Shown: piece by piece, positions 1-13,271 of the stretch | Numbering within the stretch: position 1 is the stretch's first letter | How the letters are laid out: the number at the start of each line of letters is the position of its first letter | Origin: Guillardia theta CCMP2712 | Taxonomy: Eukaryota; Protista; Cryptophyta | Direction: 5' to 3' | DNA: 64,000 bases | Assembly: GCF_000315625.1 (NCBI RefSeq) | Contig: NW_005434642.1 | Span: 65,080 to 129,079 of the forward strand | Notes under the pieces: generated by a model | The model's database searches: none | What the model was told of the DNA's origin: nothing | What the model saw: only the letters and a program-made list of their open reading frames with translations | Program-made: the position numbers and the translations under genes

Positions 1-300
1 CTCCGGCGAGGCACCGTGGTCCGGCCGGCCCGGGCGGCGGCGGCGGCCCACTGCGCCCGAGCTGCAGTGCGGCCCGCGGGCGGCGGGGCCGGGCCCGGCA
101 GGCAGTCACTGCCGTGGCCGCGGTGACGGGAGTAGACTCTGACAGTGAGGGGCTGACTCTCACGGTGAGCCTCCTGAGTGCAGTGAGCCAGCTGGCACTG
201 CGGCAGACTCCGAGCTGAGCCTGACTAAGAGTCCCCGGACCGTCACAGTGCCAGTCACCCGGTTGTGGCCCGGCGGCGTTGAAGTTCAACGCCGGAAGTT
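1..300. other. GC-rich, palindrome-dense intergenic tract
   Basis: Dense CCGG/GGCC/CGGCCG runs with CAGTG/CACTG and GACTC/GAGTC words; no credible ORF; similar tracts recur in the window. Confidence 0.5.
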
Positions 301-1497
301 AGCCTTGAATCCTGCCCGGCATACCAACGACCTTGCCCAGCTGATTCTCAGTCTCAAAAGCCTCGACGAGGCTGAAAGACTTGTGCTGGTCGATTATTTG
401 CTGCCGTTTGTCTGGCGATATTCTCTGATAATGCTTGACAACCACCATGATGTACCTGCGGCATTCTTGGTTCAGAAGCGTCGGAATGCTTCCCGACAAG
501 TTCGAGCTGTTCTTACCTTAATTGTACATCCCCATCGAAGGAGACTTCCGGAAGCTGATAAGGCAAGATAATCTCATCAACCTTGGCTGCTTCTTGGCTC
601 AAACTGCAGTCATTGGCCCCACAGTTTGCTCGTCGGTTTCCAATGGCCCAAAGGAGGGAGCTGGAGGACAGGAATCAGAGACGTCGAATCTAATAACATG
701 CTTGTTTCTCCAACAACAATCCTAGACATGTCAGCGTTCGTCTCACATTTATCCTTCACGTGTCATTCTTTGAGCAGAAATCCTCGCACACGATAACACA
801 CCGCGTTACCGACCGGGTATTTTTTCCATCGTGCATTCTTCTCAGCTCGAACATGAAGAAGCTGAACAGCATTGGCATATCTTGTTGGTCCGATCCCGGT
901 GCAGGTGCAGGCCATGCGATCTGAGGAGGAGCCGAAAGCATCTTTGCGGGCAATTCTTCCGTTGAATCTAATCTGAACCTGCGGGGGAAATGATCACGCT
1001 ACAGCATGACTTGAAGTGAGTACACGCCTTAAGTCTTCGTACAAGAGCTGCAGATCAATCATTGTGTCAGCTAACATATCCTCTTCAACAACAGTAGGAA
1101 TGAATTCCATCTGCTTCGCACCAGCAACCAAATCTGCTTTCAATTTCTTCAATTTTTCCAACCTGGACTTGTTGCGACGTCCCAGGACGCGAAGGATAGC
1201 CTCTCTCTCCCTCTCTGTCTTCTCACTCCAATCTGATATCCTCCTCATGCTGCCGTCCTCATTTATCACCAGCGGGCCAAGACGATCCTGTAAACTCAGT
1301 CGTCCCCCAACCTCAAGCGTCCCGTCGGATTCTCCTACAGCCGGCAACCCTGGAGTTCTGTCCTTTCTCTCACTTGTGCATGCCCCCTCTGCATCTGCTG
1401 CAAGCGCAGAGCTCATGAAAACGCTGGAGCCCATAGCGAGCAGCATGAGGATCGGGCGGCTGCTGCTGCCATTAATTCCAGCACCAATCCTGTCCAT
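299..1497 (-). CDS. Multi-exon hypothetical protein with the conserved 'LGPLVINEDGS-RISDW-ER-ILRVLGRRN-RL' domain of unknown function
   Basis: ORF 994-1497 carries a motif I recognise from uncharacterised fungal/algal proteins. It can be spliced in frame via a GC-AG intron (TTAAG|gcgtgt...ccgcag) to the 756-953 frame. Further exons appear near 520-620 and 299-470. Confidence 0.55.
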
Positions 1498-2015
1498 GGA
1501 ATTTCGGCCCGGAGTGAGCAGACTCTGAGGCGGGTAAACATTGTATAAAAAGTGAAAAGTATTTCTTTGGGAGGTTAATTGTCTATTTTTACATCTCCCG
1601 GTAGTATTCTTTTAAATGTTTATAGTTACCAATGCCAAGCTCCGAAAAAAGCATTTTATCCGCGCGCCATGGTGAGGTCCCGTACACCTGCAACGATTCA
1701 AGCACGCCCCCCCTTGCTAAGTCCACCCATGCTCCTCTACCGATCCTTCCTGTCATCATATCATGCTTGAACCGTCCTCCTGCCTCGTCTTCCTCCCTGT
1801 TGGTCTGCAACGGTTGACGTGGGTCTGTCCCGATCTCCGCTGTGCCACTCAATGCAGCAGCGAGATTTCCTTCTGCCCCTTTCCTGCGCAAGGGCGGCCT
1901 CGGTCACTTTGTTCAGCAAGCTTCTTCCTCCCCCCGTCCCCCGCCATTCCTGTCTTTCCTGTTCACCGCCCCTCCGCCAATTCTGTTCACTTCGCAATCA
2001 ACATGAGTGTTGGCA

Positions 2016-3417
2016 ATGACAACGGCACAGGAGAAAGAAGACGTGAACGTCAACGAGGAGGATTTTGTGGAAGACATTGTCATCGATCCCTCGATCGACC
2101 AATCTTTCGAGAATCACGTCAATGATGCGATCCGTTCCAAGGTCCCGCAGTTTCTGGAAATGGTCAAGACAGCCGATCTTATCCCTACCCTCGAGAAGAT
2201 AAGGTGAGAGATAACATGTGGTTTCCTGTCTAGAACTTTTCAAGCCGGAGTAAGCAGCGTGTCCGGTCCTTGGATTGACTTGTTGCCCTTGCAGGTGCAC
2301 AGAGAGCATGGAAGCACTACTGCAACGATTTCTGAAAGCGAGAAGTGGAGATGTGAACCTGGCATTCAAGTTCTTAAAAGAAGATTGTGAATGGAGGGAA
2401 GCCAATCAGATTTTGTCTCTGAGAACGAAGTCCATGGACGATATGCTGGTTGCCGGAAGAAATCCGATCCTCAAGGAAACTATAGTCTCAATGATCCCTC
2501 AAGGATGTTTGGGTCGGGACAAACAAGGAAGGCCTATACTGTACCGCAAGGTGACAGGGAACATGAATGTGCAAAAGCTTGCAGAACTTGGGTACAGTGT
2601 TGAAGAATTTTTGATCTACCAGGCGTAAGCAACACTGCTTCGTTGTGGTTGTCGTTTGATGAAGTGTGTTCCCAGATGGATGCTCGAGCGAACTGTTGCC
2701 ATGATGAATGACAAGGGACAGTGGATCAGTATCATGGACCTGGGAGAACTGAACTTGACAAAGATGATGGGCAACCTCAATATCGTAAAGGCTTTCACTG
2801 CCCTTGCCAAGAACCATTTCCCTGAAAGGTTGGATGTCTCGCACCCAGGATGTCATGACATGTTTGTTGGTTGACAGGCTCGCACACAACATAATCATCA
2901 ATGCACCGACTGTCTTTGGGATTGTATGGAGGTCTTGCTTCCGTCTCTGTCTCCTGCTCTGCTTGCTTCCTCGACTTTGTTTCTTTCTCGCCGTCTTCCC
3001 CCTCACTCTTTGGTTTCATCTTTTCTCACTCATTCGATGCCTCACACCATCATCCCTGAACGGTGGTTCATGCCTCCAGACTCTTGTCCTCTCCTTTCTT
3101 CACTGATTTTATCCTCCTCACTGCTGCCTTGTTACTCCTACCTTCCCTTAGTCTCCACTTCTCGCAGAACGCTCACTCACTGTGCATGCACACCAGGGCT
3201 GTACAAGTTTGGCTTGACAAAGAAACACAGAAGAAAGTTTCTATTTTCAGCTCTCCCAAGAACGTACAGCCTTGCTCTTGCTGTGTTTCAAAGGGCTGAT
3301 TTTTTTCTTTTGCAGTGGAAGCCAGCTCTCGAAAAGGAAATGGACCTGAATCTCCTCCCCACGGAGAGCGGGGGCCCAGCTCACTTGTCTTACTCTCCCT
3401 CAAGTTTTGATCCTTAA
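2016..3417 (+). CDS. Sec14/CRAL-TRIO lipid-binding protein (multi-exon)
   Basis: Motifs LLQRFLKARSGDVNLA..EWR, GRDKQGRPILY, NHFPERL, IIINAPTVFGIVW, WLDKETQKKV and LLPTESGG lie across short introns. Confidence 0.9.
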
Positions 3418-3459
3418 TGAACCAATGAAGTTTTCAAGTGATCCTGAAGCATAATGAGA

Positions 3460-3870
3460 GAATTACGCCGGTGGCATGGTGCCAATCATGGGGGGAATGT
3501 GACGCCGAGTCCGATCACGCCGAGTCTCGGCGAGCCGGGCCGCCGAAGGCCGCGACTACCCAGCCGCTGAGCGCTGCGGGGGCGGGCCGCCCCGCGCTCG
3601 GCCGAGTTCAAGTTTCAGAGGGCCAGGCCCGGCCCAACCATTGAGTGACTAAGCCGCGGCCGCCGCGGCCGGGCGGCCCGAGGCGGGCGGCCCTTAAGTT
3701 GGCCCGGCCGCCGAGTCAGTAGTCAGTACCGTGACGGCGGCGGCCCGGCCGCCGTCGGCCCCGGATCGCCACCGTCCCTGACGGTTCCGAAGCGGCTGAG
3801 TCACCGCCCCGGGGGGGGGGGGCGGCCGGCCGGGTGCCCTGGGCGGGGGCCGCCAGGCGGGCTGTAAATT
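3460..3870. other. GC-rich, palindrome-dense intergenic tract
   Basis: Same composition as 1-300 (GGCCCGGCC, CGCCGAGTC, GAGTCA), includes a long G run. Confidence 0.5.
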
Positions 3871-5040
3871 ATTGACTCCCGCAGTACGGTCCCAATCGGA
3901 CTGCAAAATTGCGGCGAGTCCGCGCAGGGATCGCTTCTCAGAGGCTAAGTTGAAATGGGCAGCAAAAACACCACGGGTGTATTTCATGTTCTGCGTCTTT
4001 GTGCCTCAGAACACGACGATGAGGCGGACCCGATGAAGAATTCATACCTCTACAATAACGGTCGTAACGAGACCTGAATCTCGTACCTCTGATTATCACC
4101 CACCCACAAAACGACGGAAGAAAAGAGGGGTCCTTGTAAAAAGTCAGTAATATGGCCAGGGATTTTGGGAGATGTTTTAAAAATCATAGTTTTAAAGTTT
4201 GAGCTGCGAGGGGACGAGGGTAAGGACAATGAGATGGTCGGTGGGGGTACATGATTTTTTGTGGAACGGGTGGGGTACATGGTCTATTGACAAGGTACGG
4301 GGTACTTTGAACGGAAAATAAGGGGTATCCAGCTTTGCACTCTCTCCGAGGGGCTACGATTAATGCGAAGTTGAGGCAGGGGTGGGGGTGGTAGGGGTGT
4401 AAGAAATATCTCAAGATTTTGTTGACTGAACCAGACCTTACGAGTTTACCCCCCTCCCTCCCAATGCTCATACCACCCTGTACCCCCACCCACCTTTGAC
4501 TAACCCCACCCCCTGACGCTCGATTCCGTGGTGAGATCTGCATTCATCAGTGCCTGATCCATCTAGACCCCACCCCTAGTCAATCCATGACCCCTCCATC
4601 GGATTATTAGACTAGAGAATATAGGAAAGTACCGGTTGTTTTGTAGTTAAATGTTAGGGTACTTTTTATAATAAGGAACCCCTGATTTATGTCCCACCCA
4701 CCTAGGATTCCAATGAGTACCCACCCACCCTTGAATTCCTGTCATTGCCGAATTGCAGCCCACGGCCCACCCCTACCCCTCTCATGATCCATATTCCTTG
4801 GTAAAACAGTACCCTACTGGACCAAATGGAGTTGATCCACCCCACCCACCTTTCCACCACAAGTACCCCTAGTTTCCGCACTATCGACACCTTCTGACGT
4901 GCAACACCCACAACCTCTTCCTATCCCACCCCAATCCGAACTACCCACCCTACCCTATCTTGATCACTTTGAGGACCCACCCTATCCCCCTCCCAAGGTC
5001 CTTATAGGCAGCTTCCGCTTGCACCGCCATCGTCCTCCTC

Positions 5041-5939
5041 ATGTTCCGCGCGATCCTCGTCGCCGCCTGCGTTGCCGCAGCAACTGCTTTCTCCCCCAGC
5101 GCCCCCCTGGCTCGCCCTTCCTCCTCCAGGAATGTCGGTAAGTTGAACAGACTCAGACCTCTTCCATCTTGTATCGAGCCTGTGGTTTCAACATCGCTTT
5201 TCCCGTTGCAACCCATGTGACAGTGGATGTGACGGGTTTGGTGGATGTGATGGGATTGAGCTTGATCGACCTGAAACATTGCTATCTTGTCTTCTGCTTG
5301 TGTTCACTTGTGCTCCACTGCATTCCTCTGCTTTTCTGTGCTGTTTTGCGCGAAAGCATTTTGTGACATGATTTTACAGCTGCCGTCGGCCCTCGCATGC
5401 AGGCCATGTCCAAGTCTATCCCCTTCCTCAAGAAGCCCGCTGCTCTCGATGGAACCTTGGCCGGAGACGTTGGCTTCGACCCGCTCGGACTTTCCTCTGT
5501 AGCCGATGTCCGCTTCTTGGCCGAGGCTGAGCTCAAGCACTGCCGTCTTGCTATGCTCGCCGCCCTCGGAGCTATCGTTCAGGACATCTTCACCTTCCCT
5601 GGAGTCTCCAAGGTCGTCGGATCTGAGAAGATGACCGGAGTCCACGACATCCTCGTCAAGCAGGGTGCCATGGGACAGATCCTCCTCTGGGTTTCCTTCC
5701 TCGAGGTCTTCGGAACCCTCGCTCTCTTCGAGACCCTTGACGGCAAGCGTGCCCCTGGTGACTTCAAGTTCGATCCCCTCGGATTCGGAAAGAACGCTCA
5801 GACCCGTGAGCGCTATGCCCTCGCTGAGGTCAAGAACGGCCGCTTGGCTATGTTGGGCTTCGGAGGAATGGTTCACGGATACTTCCTCACTGGCAAGGGA
5901 CCCATCGAGGCCCTCCTCAACTTCCAGTCCCTCAAGTAA
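5041..5939 (+). CDS. Chlorophyll a/c-binding light-harvesting complex protein (Lhcr-type), plastid-targeted; exons 5041-5137 and 5380-5939
   Basis: Leader [19 protein letters not shown]. The GT-AG intron 5138-5379 restores frame. LHC motifs [41 protein letters not shown]. Confidence 0.96.
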
Positions 5940-6049
5940 ACATTTTCCTCCTTTGTGACTATAATGAAACCCCATGTAAATGGTCCATTCATCTCTGTCT
6001 CACCTTCAACTGATAGACTCTTCAGAGTTGTTTCATCGTGACAAGTTTA

Positions 6050-9000
6050 TCATACAACACTACATGTTCCTGGTAATACACATACCTGCACTCCATCCTT
6101 CAGCTCAGTGTCTGCGATAGAGTCATGCTGATTGTGCAAGCATTTTTCAAACGTCTCACTGATGTCTGTTATGTCCGGGTTGCTTCTGACAAGGCTGGCG
6201 ATATTGGACTGAAACCTGAGCACGAGCATGAGTACCCGCATTACTGCACAAGGGATTCGCAACCTGTCAGCGATGCTGGTGAGCGTGTCGTACCTCCTGG
6301 CAGGATAGAGGGGCCCGAGATTGATGAGCTCTGCCTCCTCCACCTGATCAGGGTTCAAGAGCTGCGGGTTCGCAGCGAAGAGCTGCAAAGTCGAGGTCAG
6401 GGAGTCCTCCTCCTCCTCCACCTCCTCCTCCTTCTCCCCCTCCTCCTTCCTCGTTCCTCCTTGCCCACCTGGAGCCAGTCGGTTGCAAACTCCTGAGAGA
6501 TCTGGAGGAGCGACTCGCCCTTTCGCGCGCAGTACCTGGACCTTGCTCAGCCACGAGCACGGAACCAGGCCTGCCTCACCTGCACTTGCTCACAGTGAGG
6601 ATCAGGCAGCGAGACAAGCGGGACGACGTGAGAGAAGCAGCCTGCAGAGAATGTTAGGAAGAGAAAGTGCTGGTGGTGGGCTGAGGAGTGAGAGAGGGCC
6701 AGGGGGGGAGGAGCGTTGAGGCAGGGCAGGGAAGGGAAGGGCAGGAAGAAGGACGAGGACAACTGCTTGCCTGGAAACAGACTCGTTGTGACAAGCCCTG
6801 CTGGTCGTTCGATGGTCTCCAGAGGATCCTCCGCTCAACGCGCGTGCACAGGAAGATACCAGGGACCTGAAACATCACGAGGATGAGACAAGATGAGGGA
6901 TGGCCGTGAAACGAGTGTGTAAGACACCTGAAAATCCGGTGAAGAGGAGGTGCTCGGTTGGCACACCGGATCCGATAGCGAAGCTCCGGTTGGGAGCGTG
7001 TACTGGAGGCCGTCCGGCTCGATGGAGATGTCAAAGTAGTCAGTCAGGTCGACGGCAGCAAGGGGAACATCCAGCTGGCAGCCCAGGTAGGTGAAGATCT
7101 CAGCTCCCTCCTGAGGAGTCAGGGAGGACCAGGAGATCGACGGGGCAGGGACGATGAGGCGGATGCAAATCGGCATGGACCTCCTGTCCTCCTCGCTGCA
7201 CAGGTGCTGGTCGTTGCGAGACTGGAAGCAGAAGACCTGGTCCAGGCCAGCATGCGAGAAGTTGGCGGAGAAGTTGAGGAGGGAGGTGACCGGGTTGCAG
7301 ACCGTTAGCGACTGGCCGGAGGAGAAATTCCACGCGGATGTCGCGGGGATTTGAGAGCAGACGTTGGGGTTCCAGTCGAAGCCGAAGATCAAGGAGGTGG
7401 TGGAGGAGGGGACGAACGAGACCGACAGCGTCTGGGTGTCGTCGCTCGCGTTGAAGGCAAACTGCTGCTTCCTTCCGACCCTGACTGTCACCTCTTGGTA
7501 GGTTCCTGCAGTTCCGAGCATTGTGAGGGCCGGCCGGGTGCATCGGAGCACGCGGATGAAGGAACAAGAGGGAGGAGATGTCACGAACTTGACCTGATCC
7601 CGCGCTGTAAAACAAGCTTGAAAGACGTCGAGCATGCTCGGGCCCGAGTAGAGGTAGCGGACGTTGGCCGCCAGCAGCTCGCAGGGAGGCAACCAGGTGT
7701 AGTTTGCAGATCCTGAAAAGGAGAGGAAGAGAGGGCGGGCTCCTGCTGTCCAAAGAGTGTCGTTGTGGAGGGACGGGCCGGCGAGGAGCTGGTCTACTCG
7801 GAGATTTTCTGCTGACGTGGAAGATGAGGATGGGAAGATTTGCATCAAGTTGCTCCTCCCGCAGACGAAAGACTGCAAGGAACCTCCCAGGATGGACACT
7901 GCTGGCCTCGTGGCCGAGTTTGCGGGGTTGACCTGCCAGGCGGGTTAGCCCAGCAGGAGGAGACGAGGGAGTTGACCCGGATGATAAAGGAGACGAAAGT
8001 CGATCCGGCGCTATAGGTGTCGATTTTAGCCTGCGACTCGAAAGATCAGAGGGAAACCAAGCAGAGTAGAAGGAGTGAGAGAGATGGGGAGTAGAGATAG
8101 ATAGATTGCTTCACGAGGACGATCAACAAGGGGCCTGGGTTGAGAGGTAAGCTAGCAATGCTGTGGCACAAACCTCAACAACAACATAGACCACAAACAG
8201 GCCGACTGTTGTGGTTGAATACCATTGGACCTGCAGTGTGAAATGATGTAGTTGTCTTCATGCGCACTGGCATCATTCTACCTCCCCTGTCGTAGCATCC
8301 ACTGCAAGAGAAGCAGGAGGTCCGGGCAGCTTGCTGGTCCCCAAGGGATCGAACTCTTGCTGCGTCCCTATCCTCCAGCTCAACTTGTTTCCTTCAGGCT
8401 GTCTAGATGTCACAAATGGATAACAGGAAGGAAGGTTTGAAAGCGCTGGCGGTGATAGTGGAGCGTAAATGAAAGCGGCAGCGGCAGCGGCAGAAGAAGA
8501 AGAAGAAGAAGAGGGGTCAAAGCACCTGAAATGCTTGAATCTTGAATGACATAGTCTGTCCAGCGTAGGCCTCGACCTGCATGACTCGGGCAATCATGGG
8601 GCTCTCGTTGGGGAGCTTGTTTGCCAGCTGGATCATCGCCCGCTCTTGCCAGTACGAGCCCGCGTTGTTGACAAGCGTTGAGAGTCTGCAGCAACCCTTG
8701 AACTGAATGGAGTAGTTGCTGAGGGAAAGGTATTCTTGTATGTACTCCGACAGTACGACCATCGTGTTGTTGAGCACATTTACATCTATGGGTTCAGATC
8801 AGGACACAATAACTTCACGGCCAGCCATTGTCACCTTGAACGACTCCTTCGATGCATTGCCCGAACCTGCTGCTCGTGATGCTCCTGCACAGACTTCTGT
8901 CTCCTGTCAGAATCCTGGACTGCCCCAAGTCCAACTGGACCGTGCCGGAGAGGAAGCCTTTGGGGTCATATAAGGACACCACATCTCCGATGCTCGGAAC

Positions 9001-9327
9001 CATCCTGGAGTTGTAAGTCCCTGTACACTGCTGGCACTGCAGCACGTTGGACACGACCTTGCAGTTCCCTTCGCATCCGAGCTCCGGGCTCGAGAAAGAC
9101 TGCCAGACCCACCCTGTAAACAACTGAACCCGCACGCGTGGAGGTGTGACAGACTCCTGTCGCCAGCGGAGAGTCGAAAATCTGAAAGCACAAGCAAGTC
9201 ACGGCTGAAGGAGGCGGAAGAGCAGCAGGAGCAGGAGCACTCACGTGATGTTCTGGGACAGACAGAGATCGATTGAGGCTAACACCACAAAGACGACATG
9301 ACAACGAATTTTAGATTGCAGCCGCAT
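6050..9327 (-). CDS. Secreted Cys-rich protein with two C-terminal LysM domains (multi-exon)
   Basis: ATG 9327 gives a signal-like MRLQSKIRCHVVFVVLASIDLCLS that splices in frame to 8815-9135. The C-terminus reads YCARKGESLLQISQEFATDWLQ/LFAANPQL..NPDQV and YPARRYDTLTSIADR/FQSNIASLVRSNPDI, i.e. two LysM repeats. Confidence 0.75.
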
Positions 9328-10626
9328 GTCTAGATTGAGGTGACTTGGCCAGATAGCCTCTGGCACAACGAGGATTTGTGAAGTTGGCCCCTCCTCCTTG
9401 GCACGACTCAGACTCGCGCTCTGTTGGCTTCCCTCATGTGATTGCCTGACCATAAAAGTTAGTGAACTCTTCACTGATCTCCTAGCTAGCCTACACCTCC
9501 CCTTCTTCGGCAAAGGTTCAACCAAAACTTTTCCAGCTCATGCACGCTCAACTTCCTACTAGTCTACCTGAGCTATCCAGCATTCGCGGCTACCGTCTCG
9601 ACAGTTCGGCCACTGGCCGGGCACCGGACAGGCTTCCTGCTCCTCCTAGTCTCGCCTCGCCCCTGCAGCCGCATCTGCTCTTGCCGCCCTCCGAACGGGG
9701 ACCTCCTGCTCCTCCTCCTCCTCCTAACTAGCTACCATTGAATTCAACCGACATCAAAATTCCAAGTCAACATTGGTTTTCATCTCCCTCATAACCACTG
9801 GGTGCCCTCGTCCCCTCATTGCCTTACCGGAGTGATCCCGTGTTCTCGGAAAAAAAAAGAAAAGTTGAGCTTTTTCAAAAACATTTTAGCACGGTCAACA
9901 GTACTAGGGTACATATTGTTCCGACGCGACATTACATAGTTTTAAAGCATTCGGATAGTTTTATATCATAGTAAAAATACTTAATAGTTATATAATAATA
10001 TTAAAATACCATATGCCCGTCTTGCCACTTCCTCCTCGTTTCTTGGTCCTCGTCCTCGTCCTGTTCCTCCTACCCCACACCTTCATCTCGTCTATGCTCC
10101 TTTGTTCTGCGTCTTCCGTGTAATCCCAGATCGCTCCTCTTACATCGTTACGTTTAGGCCCCTCGCCCGCACTCGACTACCCCTGCCTGTCCCCTTCGCA
10201 CTGTGAGCCAGCCATGCTTTCCCTTTCCCTTCTTCCAACATCGAAGCTACATCCTTCTTTTGCTCATATTTACATCCTCGAAGTTGGCGTTGCCTCTCCT
10301 GATGCTCTTTGCTGCTTCTTGCCAACCTAACCGTGTCTTATGATCTCAGACTTCGAAGCTTGTTACTCATTTCCTTCTCATCCATTTCTTATCTGTACAT
10401 TATCTATACAACCTCATCAAAACGAAAAAGAAGTAAGACAGAATTGATGAAGTTGAGCTAGGTTAAGGCTGCTGGATAGCAACGATATAACGCGGTTTGG
10501 TTTCTCTCACAGCAAGGCTGAACATTTTTGTCCTCAGGTGCAAATGACGGAGGTCTGGTAGGAGGAGCTTGTTGATCCCTGTGGGTCCAGTCGTCTCATC
10601 CTTTGCAAGGAGGCACACAGAGAGCC

Positions 10627-13125
10627 ATGACGGAGTCGGTGCGGCAAGGCATCAATAATGCTCTGCTCATGCGCTCGAGGTCGGTGAAACTGATGAAAGA
10701 TGAGGAGGTGGATAACGTAGAGGTCAAGAAGCGCATGAAGTTGAAGGTGATGAGACATGTCGCCTTCTTCTCCTGACAATCATCCCAGCTGCAACTTTTC
10801 TCGACGCTGAGAGAGACAGAGGACGAAGTGAAGTCGATTAAGAAGTTGAACAATGGCCGTTTGATGATCCTCTTCTTCAACGCTTTCATCGCTATGGTTG
10901 GACTTCTCCTGTCCATCGTCATCTCAGAGACTTGTCGCTACGGCTACATCCCGACCAGCCAGGAGATGGCTCAAGGCATGCTCAACCCGCTCGATGATCC
11001 ATCAACAGGCTGCAGAGACAAGCCGAGAAGGATTGTAATTTTACAGTGTTTGATCTCGCTTTCTACCGCTGTACTAGCCTCGACGATCATCTACGGCAAC
11101 TACAAGCACTACAAGATGCTTAAGGCGATGAAATCGTTTGTGTTGACACGACAGACCATGTCTGTGGAGTTCTTTGAGCAGATCAAAGAGTTCAAAGCGT
11201 TCTACTGGAACGAGATGATCCTCTTTGATATCAGAGAAATCGTCCTTTGTTGTCTTGTACATCCATTCCCTTGGTGAGGAGGATTCTCGCGTGCAATTGA
11301 AGATTTGATACTGCAATCAGGTTCTTCAAGACTATCACTGTCGAGCAGATGAATAGGACAAGCATCTACCAATTCGAATCTCTCATCGTTATCTTCATGT
11401 TCTTGAGACTGTGGCATATTGCCAAGTTGCTGCTCCATCTGTTCTACAGATTTTATTTCGAGGAGAGCATCTTTGTGCTGGGCAACAGCTACGATCTCGT
11501 CAAGATGTTCGAGCAGAAGCCTTACATCTCACATGTTCTCATGTTCAAGACCTTCCTACGATGCCACCCTGTGAAATGCATCTCGACTTGGTTCCTCTGC
11601 CTCTTGTTCGTTGCTGCCTACTGCATCCGTATAGCCGAAAGCCCTTCCAACTACCTTCACTCGGTATACTTCTGGAACCAGGTTGCGTTATCCCATCCTC
11701 ACTACAACGTGGTTCTGACAATCAGGTTTGATCAGATGTGGATGGTGATCGTGACAATGGTGAGGATGATGTTGATGAGGAGATTCATCTGAATGAAATT
11801 TACAGACAACGACGGGATATGGCGGTGAAGGATGCGCAGGAGAGTGTGAGACGTTTGACATTTGCGGTAGATATGTATCCCTCCTCTCACTTTGGCAGAT
11901 TGATTTGCATCGTCGTAATGTGAGCGGCTAGTCGTCTTGATCGCTCATGAGGATGACGGGGCTCAGGTTGCTGGGGATTCTACTGGTTTCAATCACCACA
12001 GCCATCATGACGACCAAGCTTTCTCTCACGCAGAACGAGACTGAACTGCTGAAATACTCTGAGGTAGACATGCAATGTTGAGATGTTGAAGTTGACATGA
12101 TGACTTGACAGCTGCAAACATTCAAGAAAGCAGCTGTCATTGCAAGCGTGAAGTTTTTACAGCAGATCTACCGGGTAGCAGACCAACAAACAACATGAGC
12201 GTGTAAAGTTCTCTCGCAGACGAATCGAGGAAAGCAGAAGAAAGATCCCATCCTGCTGAACAAGCTGAGGCGAGCCTTGTTCAAGACCGCCTACCTCTAC
12301 AACATCCACTTGTGCGCCCAGGAGTCACCCGTGAGTAGCGACTCACTGAAGTCGCAGGCAAGAAGTGGAAGAAGCGCGTCGGAGGCAGCAAGAAGGAAAA
12401 GAAAAGGCTGCGGGGGAACAGGTGGGCGAGACGACTCGGGAAGACCCAGGGCGATTGCAGCAGATCATGGATAGACAGCAGGAGCTTCTGGAGTGGAAGG
12501 CGACGGTAGACTCCAAGATGGAGGCGCTGCAGGTATCTTCCTCTACCCTTCAACATGTCTCTTCTTCCCTCTGCTTCATGGCCTTTCTCATCCCAGCGTT
12601 TCCTCCCATTTTTGCACTCTCGTTCCCTCCTACTCCTGCTTCCCCTCCCTTCTTCCCTCCCTCCCATCCTCTCCTGGCGACTCTGGAAGGTTCATCACGC
12701 TTCTCATCTCCTTGCAGGGCTCGTTGGACGAGATTCTCAGCCTCCTCAAGGCCAGGGATCGTCAGCCCATCACCTTCAGGACTGAGATCAGCAGCTCGCA
12801 CGTATCTCCATCAGCGGGAGCAGCGGGAGAAGGAGCGGAAGGTGGGCAAGCCTCCGGCCATGCCGTTAAGACGAGGAGGAGGCACTCATCGAAGCCCAAG
12901 ACCATCTCGACTGAGCTTCTCAGCATTCTTCCCAGCATCGACTACAGTCTCAGTCGCACACGGTCAAACAGCAAGTCTAGGGATGAAGATCCCGATATGG
13001 CCAAGTTGCGGGAGAGACTCAGGAGGCAGAGCCTGAAACCGAGCCCGACAGCATGGCGCTCTAGTGAAGAGATGAAATCGCAACTCCGAGGGTTTTCATC
13101 CATGTCATCATTCGCCAACGTGTGA
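10627..13125 (+). CDS. SK/KCNN-like potassium channel (6TM, GYG pore); start approximate
   Basis: Spliced pore reads NQMWMVIVTM-TTTGYG-DMYPSSHFGRLIC. KCNN-like motifs EIVLCCLVHPFP, MFLRLW, FKTFLRCHP, AAYCIRIAE, AIMTTKLSLTQNE; C-terminal coiled coil. Confidence 0.85.
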
Positions 13126-13271
13126 AGGCGACAGATAGACAACTTTACTTGTATATGTTTCAACACAGAATACTTAGCTGGGATATGGTGCAACAAAGAA
13201 TATTTTACTTCGGTATGTTCAATATAGACAACTTAGCTTGAGCATGTCTCTACACAGGAAACCTGACAGCA

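Noticed and set aside
5304-5975. 223-aa minus-strand ORF
   Set aside because: Antisense to the codon-biased LHC gene.
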